A stretch of 64,000 nucleotides of DNA, taken from contig OZ024758.1 of the NCBI GenBank assembly GCA_964016885.1, positions 27,900,001-27,964,000 on the forward strand, read 5' to 3'. The translations under genes were made by a program, and so were the position numbers. Origin of the DNA: Eledone cirrhosa. Taxonomy: Eukaryota. Within the stretch, counting starts at the first letter, position 1, and each line of letters opens with the position of its first letter. A model generated the notes under the pieces. That model was not told the origin of the DNA. It did not search any database and saw only the letters and a list, made by a program, of their open reading frames with translations. Shown one piece after another: positions 36,474 through 49,300 of the stretch.

Positions 36474-36479
36474 AATAAA
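36474..36479 (+). terminator. Candidate SEC13 polyadenylation signal AATAAA
   Basis: First AATAAA after the stop, followed by T/GT-rich sequence; chance matches are common in AT-rich DNA. Confidence 0.45.
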
Positions 36480-37329
36480 ATAATTTCTTATATTTGTTTT
36501 TGTTTTTCATTTCTATACTTTTTAAGGGCAGGGCATTATATTATTTCTATATTTTTTAAAGGGCAGGGCATTGTGTCATTTCTATATATTTTAAGAGTCG
36601 AGAGTTGTTTTATTTCTATATTTTTTAAGGGTAGAGAATTGTATCATTTTTATATTTTTTAAGGCAGAGAATTGTATCATTTCTAAAATGCTGGGCATTA
36701 CGGGGTCGATAAAATAAAGTACCAGTAATACACTGGGATAATTGTGTCAAAAGTAGAAACAATTATATTATTTCTATTTTTTTTTTTAAAGGCTATGGAT
36801 TAGCAGAATTACTATATTTTTTAAAGGCAGAAAAATGTATTTCTAAAAACAAATTTTAAGGGATGGGCATTATATTATTTCTGCGGTGAATTGGCAGTAT
36901 CGGTAGAGGGTTGGACGCCATGCTTTCCAGCATAATTACATCCCTTTTTGGTCTGAGTTTAAATCCCGTCGAGGTTAACTTTGCCTTCATCCTTTCAGGG
37001 TCGATAAAATAAAGTACCAGTAATGCACATGGGTTAGACGGGTTTGTTCCACTTGAGGAGAGTTTGGTCGGGTGACCGTGTCTTGCTCATATAGAACTGT
37101 TTCTGGCTGGTTTTCTACGGCTGGATGCCCTTCCTAACGCCAACCAGATTTACAGTGTGGACTGGGTGCTTTTTACCATGTCTCCTACACGACCCCTTTA
37201 TAGTGTGGACTGGGTGCTTTTTGTCAGGACACCTACATGACCACTTTTGTGTGGGCTGGATGTTCTGTAGTACCAACATAACTTTACAGAGAAAGGGTGG
37301 TGTGGGAGGATGGAGTAGGGGATGTAGGG

Positions 37330-38395
37330 TGGGGTGTATATTGGGTTAAGAGGTGCCTACTGACTAGGTTTAAGTTTGTATGTAAGGGAAGGCTGGTCTT
37401 CTGTATTACTGCATAGTGCCAAAGATCTCAATCCAGTGACATAGTCTTAGAGAGATGCAAATATGCAAGGTCAGTTTTTATCACCTAGTCCCATGTTTTT
37501 CTGGGTCTACCTACTTGGTAGCTTCCATCAATTTTGATCTCCCTGCACTTTTTTATACAGCTGTCATCCTTCATATGCATCACATGACCATACCAATGTA
37601 ATCTCCTCAAAAGTAAACTGCATCTGATTCCTCTTATTCCTAATTTCTCACTTAGTTTGTTTACATTTTGCCGTTCGTGTATCCAACAGAGCATGCTTCA
37701 TTCCTTTCCAATCTGCACAGATCCTATACGCACAATGCCCATGTCTCACTGCCATGTAACATTTTTAGAGAGAAACCTTTTGTGGCCAACAGCAGTATAA
37801 GCTCTCTGAACTCTTTCCATCCCGTTCTAACTCTGGCTACTGTACTGTCAGAACACCCTCCTCCACTGCTGATTTTGTCACCCATGTAACAGAAAGCGTC
37901 TACTATTTCCATAGAACCATCTGGGAAGTTGAAGGAGCTAGTATCTAGTGGGCACTTGCTACTTACTGCACCTGAGCATCAGCCACATATAAAATCTACA
38001 TTCTTAGATAGCTTGCCTGTGATCCCACTACATCTTTTATGTACCTATAGTTTGAATTTGGGATATCGAATGGAATTTCTACCTCCTCCTTTCCTACACA
38101 CTAAGCATGGCCATTTCCCAGAGGGCACCTGTGCCCTATTTTCCTTTCTGCAAGTTAACTTTAAGGCCTTTTGATTCTAGGCCATGCTTCCATGTTTGGA
38201 ATTTCTTCTCTAGTTCAACCATAGATTCAGCTATGAGAGCTAGATCATCTGCATATAGAAGTTCCCATGGGCAACCAGTCTTAAACTGTTATAGCCTGTA
38301 GGGCAATAATAAACAGGAGGGGGCTAAGGACGAAACCTCGGTGAACACCTACTTTTACGCTAAATTCTTCACTATATTCATTGTTAATTCTAACA
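37330..38395 (-). pseudogene. Degenerate RTE-clade LINE RT fragment
   Basis: - strand GVHRGFVLSPLLF...GCPWELLYADDLALIAES, a Cys-rich insert, FCYMGD and RRLHWYGHV; has frameshifts. Confidence 0.85.
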
Positions 38396-38699
38396 TATAT
38401 ATACTTAAAAATAAAATTAGAATTCTATTTCTCACCCTAGCACAGCTGATACATAAATGTACAGATTAAAGTTGAAGCAAAGAATTTCTGCTTTTACTCT
38501 ATTACAGTATCTTCTGTAATAGAGTGAAAGCAAAAATTCTTTGCTTAAACTTTAATCCATACTAATGATATAGATTGCTTTCTTTGTTTGTTGTGACATC
38601 CATTGTGGGATGGAAAGGCTTTCCTTAGGTAGAATCTCTTCATGCCTCTGCAGAAAGTATCATAAACCTTGTTGAAGTGTTCATCAGATTGCAAAGCTG

Positions 38700-40045
38700 A
38701 AAAGCGGTTTTGCAACTCGAGTTGTTCAAGAAAGCATTAATAGTTGTACTCTACAAAAAAGGTAGCAGACTTGATTGTAGGAACTATTGTCCTATCAGCC
38801 GATTGAGTCATGTTTACAAACTTTTCATGAGTATCATTGCAGCACGAGTGAAGTCAGACCTGTATGCCTCATTTCCTGAAACACAAGCTGCGTATCAACC
38901 TGGTAGAGGCACCATTGAGCAGATCCTAGCTATTCAACAAATCATTGAGAAATCAATAGAATTCAACAACCCTGTGCACATCACCTTCATTGACTTCACA
39001 AAATCTTGACAACGTGAAACTACCTTGCTTGTGGCAACTCTTAAACAATACCCCAATTAACAAGAAATACATCAACCTATTGAAAGAAACTTACAGCAAC
39101 TCAACAGCATATATCAAAACAGATTTGGGAACTACACGCTGTAGAGACATCTTGAAGGGAGTTAAGCAGGGGATGTACTATCAGTACTTCTTTTCTGTAT
39201 AGTTATAGCTGCACTTATCTACCAAACTGAAGAAGAATGCTCCTCTGGCTATCAAATAGGAGGTAAAATCCTATCAAATCGTAGCTATGCAGACGATCTG
39301 GCCATCATGAGTTACTCTAGAACTGATCTACAAAACTTTCTGAATGTACTGGCCAAACATTCGCTGGAGGCTGGCTTACACATCAACATCAAAACAAAGT
39401 GTATGACAATTGATAAAAACAATGCCAATCTCCAACTCAATCTACAACCAACAAATTGCTCAAGTTACAGAGTCTGTATATCTCGGTCACAAACTATCAT
39501 CAAACAACAATGGAATGGTTGCTGTGCAGTATCGCATCGCTCTAGGTTGGGCAGCTTTCCACAAGAACAAGGAAGTACTAACATCAAAGCGAGTTTCTTA
39601 CCATTTGAAGGATAAGATCTTCGATATTTACATCCTACCAGTTGTGTTATATGGTCTTGACTGTGTTAATTGAATGAGGACAAGGTCACTTTAGAAGCTC
39701 TCTATATTCCAGAACCACATCATGAGACTCGTGACTGGCAAGCGGCTCAGCGACCGTATCTGTATCAGCGAACTGCTCAACATTACCAAATTTAGACCAA
39801 TTACATCAATTGTCAAGTCAAGAGTACTCAAACTATACGGCCCTATAAAAAGATCAACTCATGGTGTGAGTAGGTTATGCCTGGAAGGAAGGTTGGCTGG
39901 TAAGAGAAGCAGAGGCTGGCAGTCAAAACGATGGCTTGATAATGTGAACTTATGGACTGGACTTGATCTTTGCTCTTTGAACCCTGCTCCTGGTGATCAA
40001 ACTTTGTGGAGAAAAATATCTAATGTTGGAAATGGTGGAGTTTAG
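38700..40045 (+). pseudogene. Degenerate non-LTR retrotransposon RT (RTE-like), 5'-truncated
   Basis: LYKKGSRLDCRNYCPIS, QAAYQPGRGT, FIDF, GVKQG, YADD (~39285) and YLGHKL spread over frameshifted ORFs. Confidence 0.88.
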
Positions 40046-42108
40046 TGTCTAAGTAATAGTAATGATATATGTATATATATCATCATCATATATATATATA
40101 TACATACTCATACATGAGGTGTGTCAGAAAGAAACAGGATTGGGGTCACAAAATATGTTTTTTTCCTTGGACATAATCCCCCTTGAGTCTCCATACATTC
40201 TCTGCAGCTCTGATGTCTTCCACATTTGGAAAATGGGTCTCTTCACGATTCTCTTTAGCTTGGGTATAATGAAAATATCACACGGTTGGACAAAACAAAG
40301 GTAAATTCTTTATTTTGATGCTCCACAAGTTCTACCATCAATTTTAACAATTCTTTTTACAGTCAATGATTTGTACCTATTTTATTGCTTCAAATCCGCC
40401 ATTACAGAATAGAAACAATATTTAAATTTTTAATTATATCAATGTCATGTCCATGAATGCCTTTAAAATAACAGTGAGTATTTTTTTACAATTCTTTTCA
40501 GAAGGCTATGAATTGGTAATAATTACTGTCTTGTATTTATTCTGGTCCCCTGTGCTCTGAGCTTGAATCCCTTGGGGTCAACTTTCTAATGATTAAATTG
40601 AATAAATTAAATTTCAACCCACGACCAAAAAGAGCTATTGAATGCATAATATATATATATAATTTCATGATAAACAACACAATATAATTATTTCATTTCT
40701 GAAGGTTTTGAGAAACTAGATGATTCTTCTAGCTTGTTTGTCAGACAAAACAATTATCCCTGTACAATACATAGAGCACTTGTCTTTCCTTTACCTTTTC
40801 TACAGAAATACTTAACACACACACATATATATGAATGTATGTGAGTGGAGGCACATGGCTTAGTGGTTAGAGCTTTGGCCTTGCAATCGAAAGGTTGTTA
40901 GTTCAATTCTCAGACCGGGTGATGTGTTGTTTCCTTGAGCAAGACACTTTATTTCACATTGCTCCAGTTTACTCAGCTGTAGAAATGAGATGATAGGGAC
41001 TGGAGTCCCTATCATTCCACTGCAAAGTGGTTGTGGAGGTGCCACGACAAAAAAGCACCCAGCACTCACTGTAAATGAGGTTGGTGTTAGGAAGGGCATC
41101 CAGCTGTAGAAATCAAGCCAGCATCAGTTCCCGTCCAACCCTTGCAAGCAGGGAAAAGCGGACGTAAACTGATGATGATGATATGTATTGAAATATTGAT
41201 TAATATGTAAAGTAATTAATCATATTATCTGACAAATAGGTTAATCAAAGTTCTACAGGGAGTCACTATTAGAACCTAAAATCAGCTCACCAATATAATT
41301 TTATAAATGTTTTCCATTAGGAGAATCGGTTTTATAACATCTTATACCATTGCGCCTGTATAATTTGTATTGAAATACGTACATATATGTAAAGTGTGGA
41401 TACATTTGTTTCGACAATTCCTTACCTTTGCATTTATAAATCATCATTATCATCACCGTTTTACGTCCGTTCTTTCACGCTAGCATGGGTTAGACGGGTT
41501 GTCCTGTTTTGGGCAGTGTCTGGTCGGCTGACCATGCCTTGCTCATACAGGAACTGATTTGGCTTGATTTCTACAGCTGGATGCCCTTCCTAACACCAAC
41601 CTCATTTACAGTGAGTACTGGGTGCTTTTTCGTGGCGCCTACACGTCCACTTTACAGTGTGGGCTGGGTGCTTTTTTGCCGTGGCACCTCCATGACCACC
41701 TTGCAGTGGGGGGTGTGGAGGCATATTGTCTATATGCTTCAGCTTGTACCCATGGGAGGTCGGGTACTCTGTATTACTGCGTGATGCCAGAGGTCACGGT
41801 CGTGTGTCATCGCCTTTGAGAGCTGTAATTGGGTAAGGTCGGCTTTTAATAAATATATATATATATATATTTATGCTAGCATGGAAAATGGACATTAAAC
41901 AATGATGATGATGATTATGTGTATATATATATATCCAAAATTAAATTAAGGGTGTCATGTCCGAGAGACATGCACCATATCCACTGTAGAATATTCTCAA
42001 AGATTCCAATGAATATTTGAAGTTCTAGTTAAGCTCTAATTAGTTACCTACCTAGCTGTGTGTGCTTACACACTTTACAAATTATTCCCTGTGATTGTTT
42101 CATATGTT

Positions 42109-42140
<32 letters not shown>

Positions 42141-42409
42141 GTCAATCAATTTCTAGTTGATATATATATATTACTGCTAATTAATACTAGCCCGTCAAGC
42201 CTGCACTATATGCAAATGACCATCTTACATGTACCATCTGCAAAATCAAACTCTAATTTATTTTGCCTCAGTACCGTGTGAGTAAACAACACTGAAGATG
42301 GATAAAAGTCCTGAAACACTAGTATCTTGGTAGTCTCTCACAGCTACTGAAATACCTGTGAAATGATCACAGCTTATATTACCTAGAGTGAGTCATATAC
42401 AATATGTTT

Positions 42410-42985
42410 ATTATAACAAACAAAGACGACAGCTGTATAAAAAAAGTGCAGGGCGATAAAAATAGACGGTAGCCACGGAGTAAGGAGACCCAGAAAAACC
42501 TGGGACGACTTGATAAATTCTGACCTCACACACTTACACCTCTCCAAGACAATGTCACTGGACCGAGATCTTTGGCGCTACACAGTAACACAGAAGACCC
42601 GCCTTGCCTAATTACAAAGTGAAACCTACAGTCAGTAGGCACCTCTAACAAAAATACACCCCTGTCCCACTACCCCCACCCTATCCACACCACCCCTTTC
42701 AATGTAAAGTTATGTTTGTACCACAACATCCAGTCCGAAATAAATGAGGTCGTGTAGGTGTCACGACAAAAAAACACAGTCCACGCTGTAATGTGGCCAT
42801 GTAGGTAACACGGTAAAAACCTCCCAGCCCACACTGTAAATGTAGTTGGTGTTAGGAAGGGTATCCAGCCGTAGAAAACCTGCCAGACAGTCTTATACGA
42901 GCAAGACAACCAATCTTGCCTCAAGTGGGAAAATTCACGTCCAAACCCATGCAAGCGTGGAAGATGGACGTTAAACGATGATGAT
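42410..42985 (+). mobile_element. RTE 3' fragment fused to a SINE-B-like tail; inverted homologues at 61840-62305 and 37030-37445
   Basis: ORFs 42670..43002 and 61973..62194 are near-identical. Confidence 0.7.
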
Positions 42986-44400
42986 ATTTTATATACTTTC
43001 ATATTTTTTGTTATGTCCCTTTACATTCCGATTTTAAATCTGGCTAGTGTTGATACAGTAAGTATTAATATGGTAATATGATACAATTTCCCTACATATT
43101 TCTGACATTATATCAACATTAGAAATTATGACAGCCACAATACTAATATATAAAAGCATAAGATTAAAGGAATCAGTTCAAGTTTATATGGTGACATTTA
43201 CTGAAATATCACTTTTCCTGTATTTTCAATATGAAAGTAGAGGAATTTTAACCCTTATCAATTAATTAATGAAGAATTTTGAGGGATTAATAACATTATT
43301 AATTATTTCATTACTAAGATAGTAATTTAATGTAAGGTTCTTATATAAAATTATGTTGGAAGATTTTAATTTAAACCTTTAGCATTTAAACTGGCCATAT
43401 CTGACCAGAATTCTCTCACCTCTTTCTGTTCACGCCGGCTGTAATCAGCCACTCATACTTATGTCAAGGTATTGTTCTCAAAATCTTGTAGATTCGATAT
43501 TATGTGAGATAAAGCCTTTACTGTGAAAATATTATAGTAAATATAGAGTAATGTAAATGCTAAAGGGTTAAATTGGAAACCTTTAAAAGGGGTGTTTTTA
43601 TTTCATAGAATCAGAGCCAGTTTTGGCAAGGTTGGTAACTAAAGGGTTAAAAAAAAAAAATAAAAAAAAAAAAGGTTTATATCAGTGTATCCCAAAGCTT
43701 GGGATATCAACCTGGTGAATGGTTGGACAGGATGACTTACTGAAAGACAAACAAAATATCTATGGAACAAGGAAGTATCTATAAAACTGCAGGTAAGAGA
43801 CAACCAGACTTTGGAACACTATTATCACTGGAAGACATCTGTCAATTTTGTTAAGCTAAAACATTATTCGATCTTAACCCTTTAGCATTTAAACTGCCAT
43901 ATCCAGCCAGAATTCCCTCACCTCCCGGTTGTAACTGGTCGCTCATACTGACATAAAGGTATTGTTCTCAAAATAAATAATATCAAAATCTCATACATTC
44001 ATTATTATGTGAGATAAAGCCTTTTCTGAGAAAATACAATAATATATATCATCATCATCATTCTTCGACTACTGTCGAGATGATGGATCTCACTCCCATG
44101 CCCCAGAACTCCCTGTCCCCCATATAGTGCGGTTCCCTGAGGAACAGGAACCCTGGTGCAGTCAGTTGCGAAATCCATCATCTTTTCAAATAGCTAATAA
44201 TGTGTGTGGGCGCCACTACTACACACATGTGAAAGAATTTGACAGCCAAGTCTTGAAGAAGGTGCTTTCTCCTCCGTGTATATAATATATATAGAGTAAT
44301 GTGAATGCTAAAGGGTTAAATTAACAGTTACTGTTTTGAATATTTCTATTATTATCTTCTATGAGGCTGTATTATGTCATTAACAATAGGTTTATTTTTA

Positions 44401-45028
44401 CTAGCAGTGGTACCTGGCGTTGCATGGGATAAGGTATTTTGGAACGCGGGCTGCCAACAGACCTAATCGTGGAAAAACTGTATGCCTGGACAATATGTAA
44501 AGAAAATAAACCGAATACTCTGATGGCTGGATAATCTTTAAGATTTTCCTTGATGAAGCAGGAAAAATGCAGGTTTTCACGTAATGCGGGTCCTAGGGGA
44601 TCAAGAAAATGAATTTTTTTTATGTGCATAATATGCCTTGAAATTTTGGGAAAATCGCCTCAAAAATGCCCTAAAAAGCTGAAAAAAAATGAAGTTTTTC
44701 ACCTAATGCGAGCCCTAGCCCATAAAAAAGTTGGATTTTCTTTGCTTACAGTATGAAGAAGAGACTGACTAATACATAGTTACAATTTCAAGGAAATCCG
44801 TCTGACATAACGCCTCAAAAAAACCCCTAAAAAGCTGAAAAAACGCAGTTTTTCATTTAATGCGGGCCCTAGTGGATCAAATAGTTGAATTTTTTATGCG
44901 CATAAGACTCCCTGAAACATAAGTAATACACATGTGGGTACTTCTCGAGTAAAACAAGTAATACACAGTTGGGTACTTCGAGTTTTATGGATTCAAACTC
45001 ACAGACAGACATCCTCAGTTTTATATAT
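44401..45028 (-). mobile_element. Non-autonomous Helitron, same family as 809-1714
   Basis: a|CTAGcagtggtacctggcgttgcatggg terminus; gacagacatcctcagttttatatata at the other end. Confidence 0.65.
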
Positions 45029-45869
45029 ACTAGCAGAAAAACCACCCTTCGGCTGGTTTTCTGCTAGCATGTGTAGTGTGTATATTGATATTATACGCAG
45101 GTATATATACATGTAGATATGATACATAAAATAAAATCGTAATTGACAATATACACAGAAATTGAACGAAGACTGTGTTACACTGTCTTATGTAATCAGT
45201 AACGTAATCCATGATACATTAAAAAAAGACGATATTATATATAAACTGCATTAGGAGAAAATAAGTGACAGAAATATAGTATGTTTATTTAAGTGATCGC
45301 CACCGGAAGTGTTGACATCACTCTCTCTTTCTATATATATGGTAGTTGAAGTGGTGGTGGTGGTGGCAACGATATACCGGAAGTGCAACTTTGAAAAGAA
45401 GTCAATTTTAAATTATTTATTTTTATGAAATTATTTTTGTTTACAAAATTTAGTAGATAAATTATGTAATATTCATTCATTATTTATTCAAAGTATTTTT
45501 ATTATTCAACTTATTTTACAAACGAGATAAAAAAATATAAACCGTACGCAGTCCTGCAGACCTTCCTTTATTATAGTTTAGATAGATGTTATCTGTCATA
45601 AACAATTGGTTTATCATCATTTATGGTGTTGTTATAAAGAATATCATATTCATGAGGTTATATCATCTGTCATAAAGAATATCTTATTATCATCTATGAA
45701 GTTATATTATCTATCATAAACAATGGGTTTATGGGAACCAAAATCAAAGATAATAACTTTGAAACTATTGATTTATAAGTTGTGACTTAACGATTGTTTG
45801 AAACATACTAGTAAATCAAAGTTCAGTGTTTCTGACTGCTAACAATTTATGTCTAACTTAAAGACTTAA

Positions 45870-46357
45870 CTACTTTTCCTCTATAAATGACTGACATTGA
45901 TCATAGCTGTCATGTGTATATATAGATTTTTTTGCTTCATAGTCTTTGAAAAAGTTATAGCGTTTATTCTGTATACTTTCTGAAATTTCTTCATTATTCT
46001 GTTGTTCATCACTTTCAGTTCCGCTCTCAGCATTTTCACCTTGACATAAATAGGCACCTTCTTCTGAAACCGATTCCGCATGTCTGCTTGTGCAAGTCTC
46101 AGGACTTGGTCCTTCATCAGGGTCAGACTCTGCTGCATATTTATTTGCATAATCCTTTTCTTCAGTCATAGAATGTGCCTTCTTTTCAGCTTCAATTTTA
46201 TTTTTTTCATCCCAACTGCGCTGAAGCTGATATGGCTCAGAACTAGTGAAAGAATTATTACAACTATTGGAAGAAAGAGAATCGACTTCACTAGATGATT
46301 GATACGGTAGTTTTGTAATACTATCTTCAACATTTTCTGCATTATTATTTGCAATGT
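45870..46357 (-). CDS. IRAK-like kinase terminal exon (acidic, disordered tail)
   Basis: ttttcttgtag|ACATTG... open for 162 codons to TAG; includes ORF 45870..46169; phase matches the preceding exon. Confidence 0.75.
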
Positions 46358-49300
46358 CTACAAGAAAAAAAAAATGACATATACATATTAATTGACTTGA
46401 AGTAGAGAGTTTTTAAAAATAAATTTTACTCAAAAATTGAAGATTTATTTAAATTTATATTTACTTGCATGTAAGGCACGTGGCTGAGTGGTTAGAGAGT
46501 CAGATTCACAATTGTGAGGTTGTGAGTTCGATTCTCAGACCGGGTGATATGTTGTGTTCTTGAGCAAGACGCTTTATTTCACGTTGCTCCTTCTACCTGG
46601 AGTTGTAACCGGCAATTAGTATCAGCAATGGAAAGACCAATGGAAACATTGTTTCCGCGGTCCGATTTGACGAGGTTCACCCCACTCGGCAAGTGAATGA
46701 GGTCGGGGATCTTACTGATCGATCAAAGCGAGATATTTACTTGATTTTACAGTTATTTCATCAAGTGAAACTTTACCAATTTAAATTATAAATTAAAATA
46801 TTCAATTTAATTACTATATATACATGTAGATAAGTTGGAGTTTTTATTCATAAAACAGGCATCAAAAACTGCATGTCTATCACACCTTAACATTTGCAGC
46901 ATGTACTACCACACACACATCTATCACACCTTAACATTTGCAGCATGTTCTACCACACACACATCTAACACACCTTAACATTTGCAGCATGTACTACGAC
47001 ACACATCTACCACACCTTAACATTTGCAGCATGTACTACCACACACACATCTATCACACCTTAACATTTGCAGCATGTACTACCACACACACATCTAACA
47101 AACCTTAAGATTTGCAGCATGTACTACCACACACACCTATCACACCTTAACATTTGAAGCATGTACTACCACACACACACCTATCACACCTTAACATTTG
47201 CAGCATGTACTACCACACACACCTATCACACCTTAACATTTGAAGCATGTACTACCACACACACACCTATCACACCTTAACATTTGCAGCATGTACTACC
47301 ACACACACATCTACCACACCTTAACATTTGCAGCATGTACTACCACACCTTAACATTTGCAGCATGTACTACCACACACACCTATCACACCTTAACATTT
47401 GCAGCATGTACTATCACACACACATCTATCACACCTTAACATTTGCAGCATGTACTACCACACACACATCTACCACACCTTAACATTTGCAGCATGTACT
47501 ACCACACACACACATAACACACCTTAACATTTGCAGCATGTACTACCACACACACATCTACCACACCTTAACATTTGCAGCATGTACTACCACACACATA
47601 TCTATCACACCTTAACATTTGCAGCATGTACTACCACACACACCTACCACACCTTAACATTTGCAGCATGTACTACCACACACACATCTACCACACCTTA
47701 ACATTTGCAGCATGTACTATCACACACACATATACCACACCTTAACATTTGCAGCATGTACTAACACACACATATCTATCACACCTTAACATTTGCAGCA
47801 TCTACTACCACACACCTACCACACCTTAACATTTGCAGCATATACTACCACACACACACCTACCACACGTTAACATTTGCAGCATGTACTACCACACACA
47901 CACCTATCACACCTTAACATTTGCAGCATGTACTACCACACACACATCTACCACACCTTAACATTTGCAGCATGTACTACCACACACACATCTATCACAC
48001 GTTAACATTTGCAGCATGTACTACCACACACACATATAACACACCTTAACATTTGCAGCATGTACTACCACACACACATATAACACACCTTAACATTTGC
48101 AGCATGTACTACCACACACACCTACCACACCTTAACATTTGCAGCATGTACTACCACACACACATCTACCACACCTTAACATTTGCAGCATGTACTACCA
48201 CACACACACCTATCACACCTTAACATTTGCAGCATGTACTACCACACACATCTACCACACCTTAACATTTGCAGCATGTACTACCACACACACGTCTATC
48301 ACACCTTAACATTTGCAGCATGTACTACCACACACACATCTATCACACCTTAACATTTGCAGCATGTACTACCACACACATCTACCACACCTTAACATTT
48401 GCAGCATTTACTACCACACACACATCTATCACACCTTAACATTTGCAGCATGTACTATCACACACACATCTATCACACCTTAACATTTGCAGCATGTACT
48501 ACCACACACACACCTACCACACCTTAACATTTGCAGCATGTACTACCACACACACACCTACCACACCTTAACATTTGCAGCATGTACTACCACACACACA
48601 TCTATCACACCTTAACATTTGCAGCATGTACTACCACACACACACCTATCACACCTTAACATTTGCAGCATGTACTACCACACACACCTACCACACCTTA
48701 ACATTTGCAGCATGTACTACCACATACACACCTACCACACCTTAACATTTGCAGCATGTACTACCACACACACACCTATCACACCTTAACATTTGCAGCA
48801 TGTACTACCACACACACATCTATCACACCTTAACATTTGCAGCATGTACTACCACACACACCTACCACACCTTAACATTTGCAGCATGTACTACCACACA
48901 CACCTACCACACCTTAACATTTGCAGCATGTACTACCACACACATCTATCACACCTTAACATTTGCAGCATGTACTACCACATACACACCTACCACACCT
49001 TAACATTTGCAGCATGTACTACCACACACACCTACCACACCTTAACATTTGCAGCATGTACTACCACATACACACCTACCACACCTTAACATTTGCAGCA
49101 TGTACTACCACACACACACCTATCACACCTTAACATTTGCAGCATGTACTACCACACACACATCTATCACACCTTAACATTTGCAGCATGTACTACCACA
49201 CACACCTACCACACCTTAACATTTGCAGCATGTACTACCACACACACACCTATCACACCTTAACATTTGCAGCATGTACTACCACACACACATATACCAC

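Noticed and set aside
36510-36880. Degenerate ~33-bp repeats after the SEC13 stop as a regulatory array
   Set aside because: Probably downstream of the poly(A) signal, interrupted by SINE fragments, no recognisable motif
38710-40045. Functional reverse transcriptase gene
   Set aside because: Multiple frameshifts and stops; 5'-truncated
46166-46354. ORF with a hydrophobic, membrane-like stretch
   Set aside because: Alternative frame of the kinase terminal exon; the spliced phase supports the other frame
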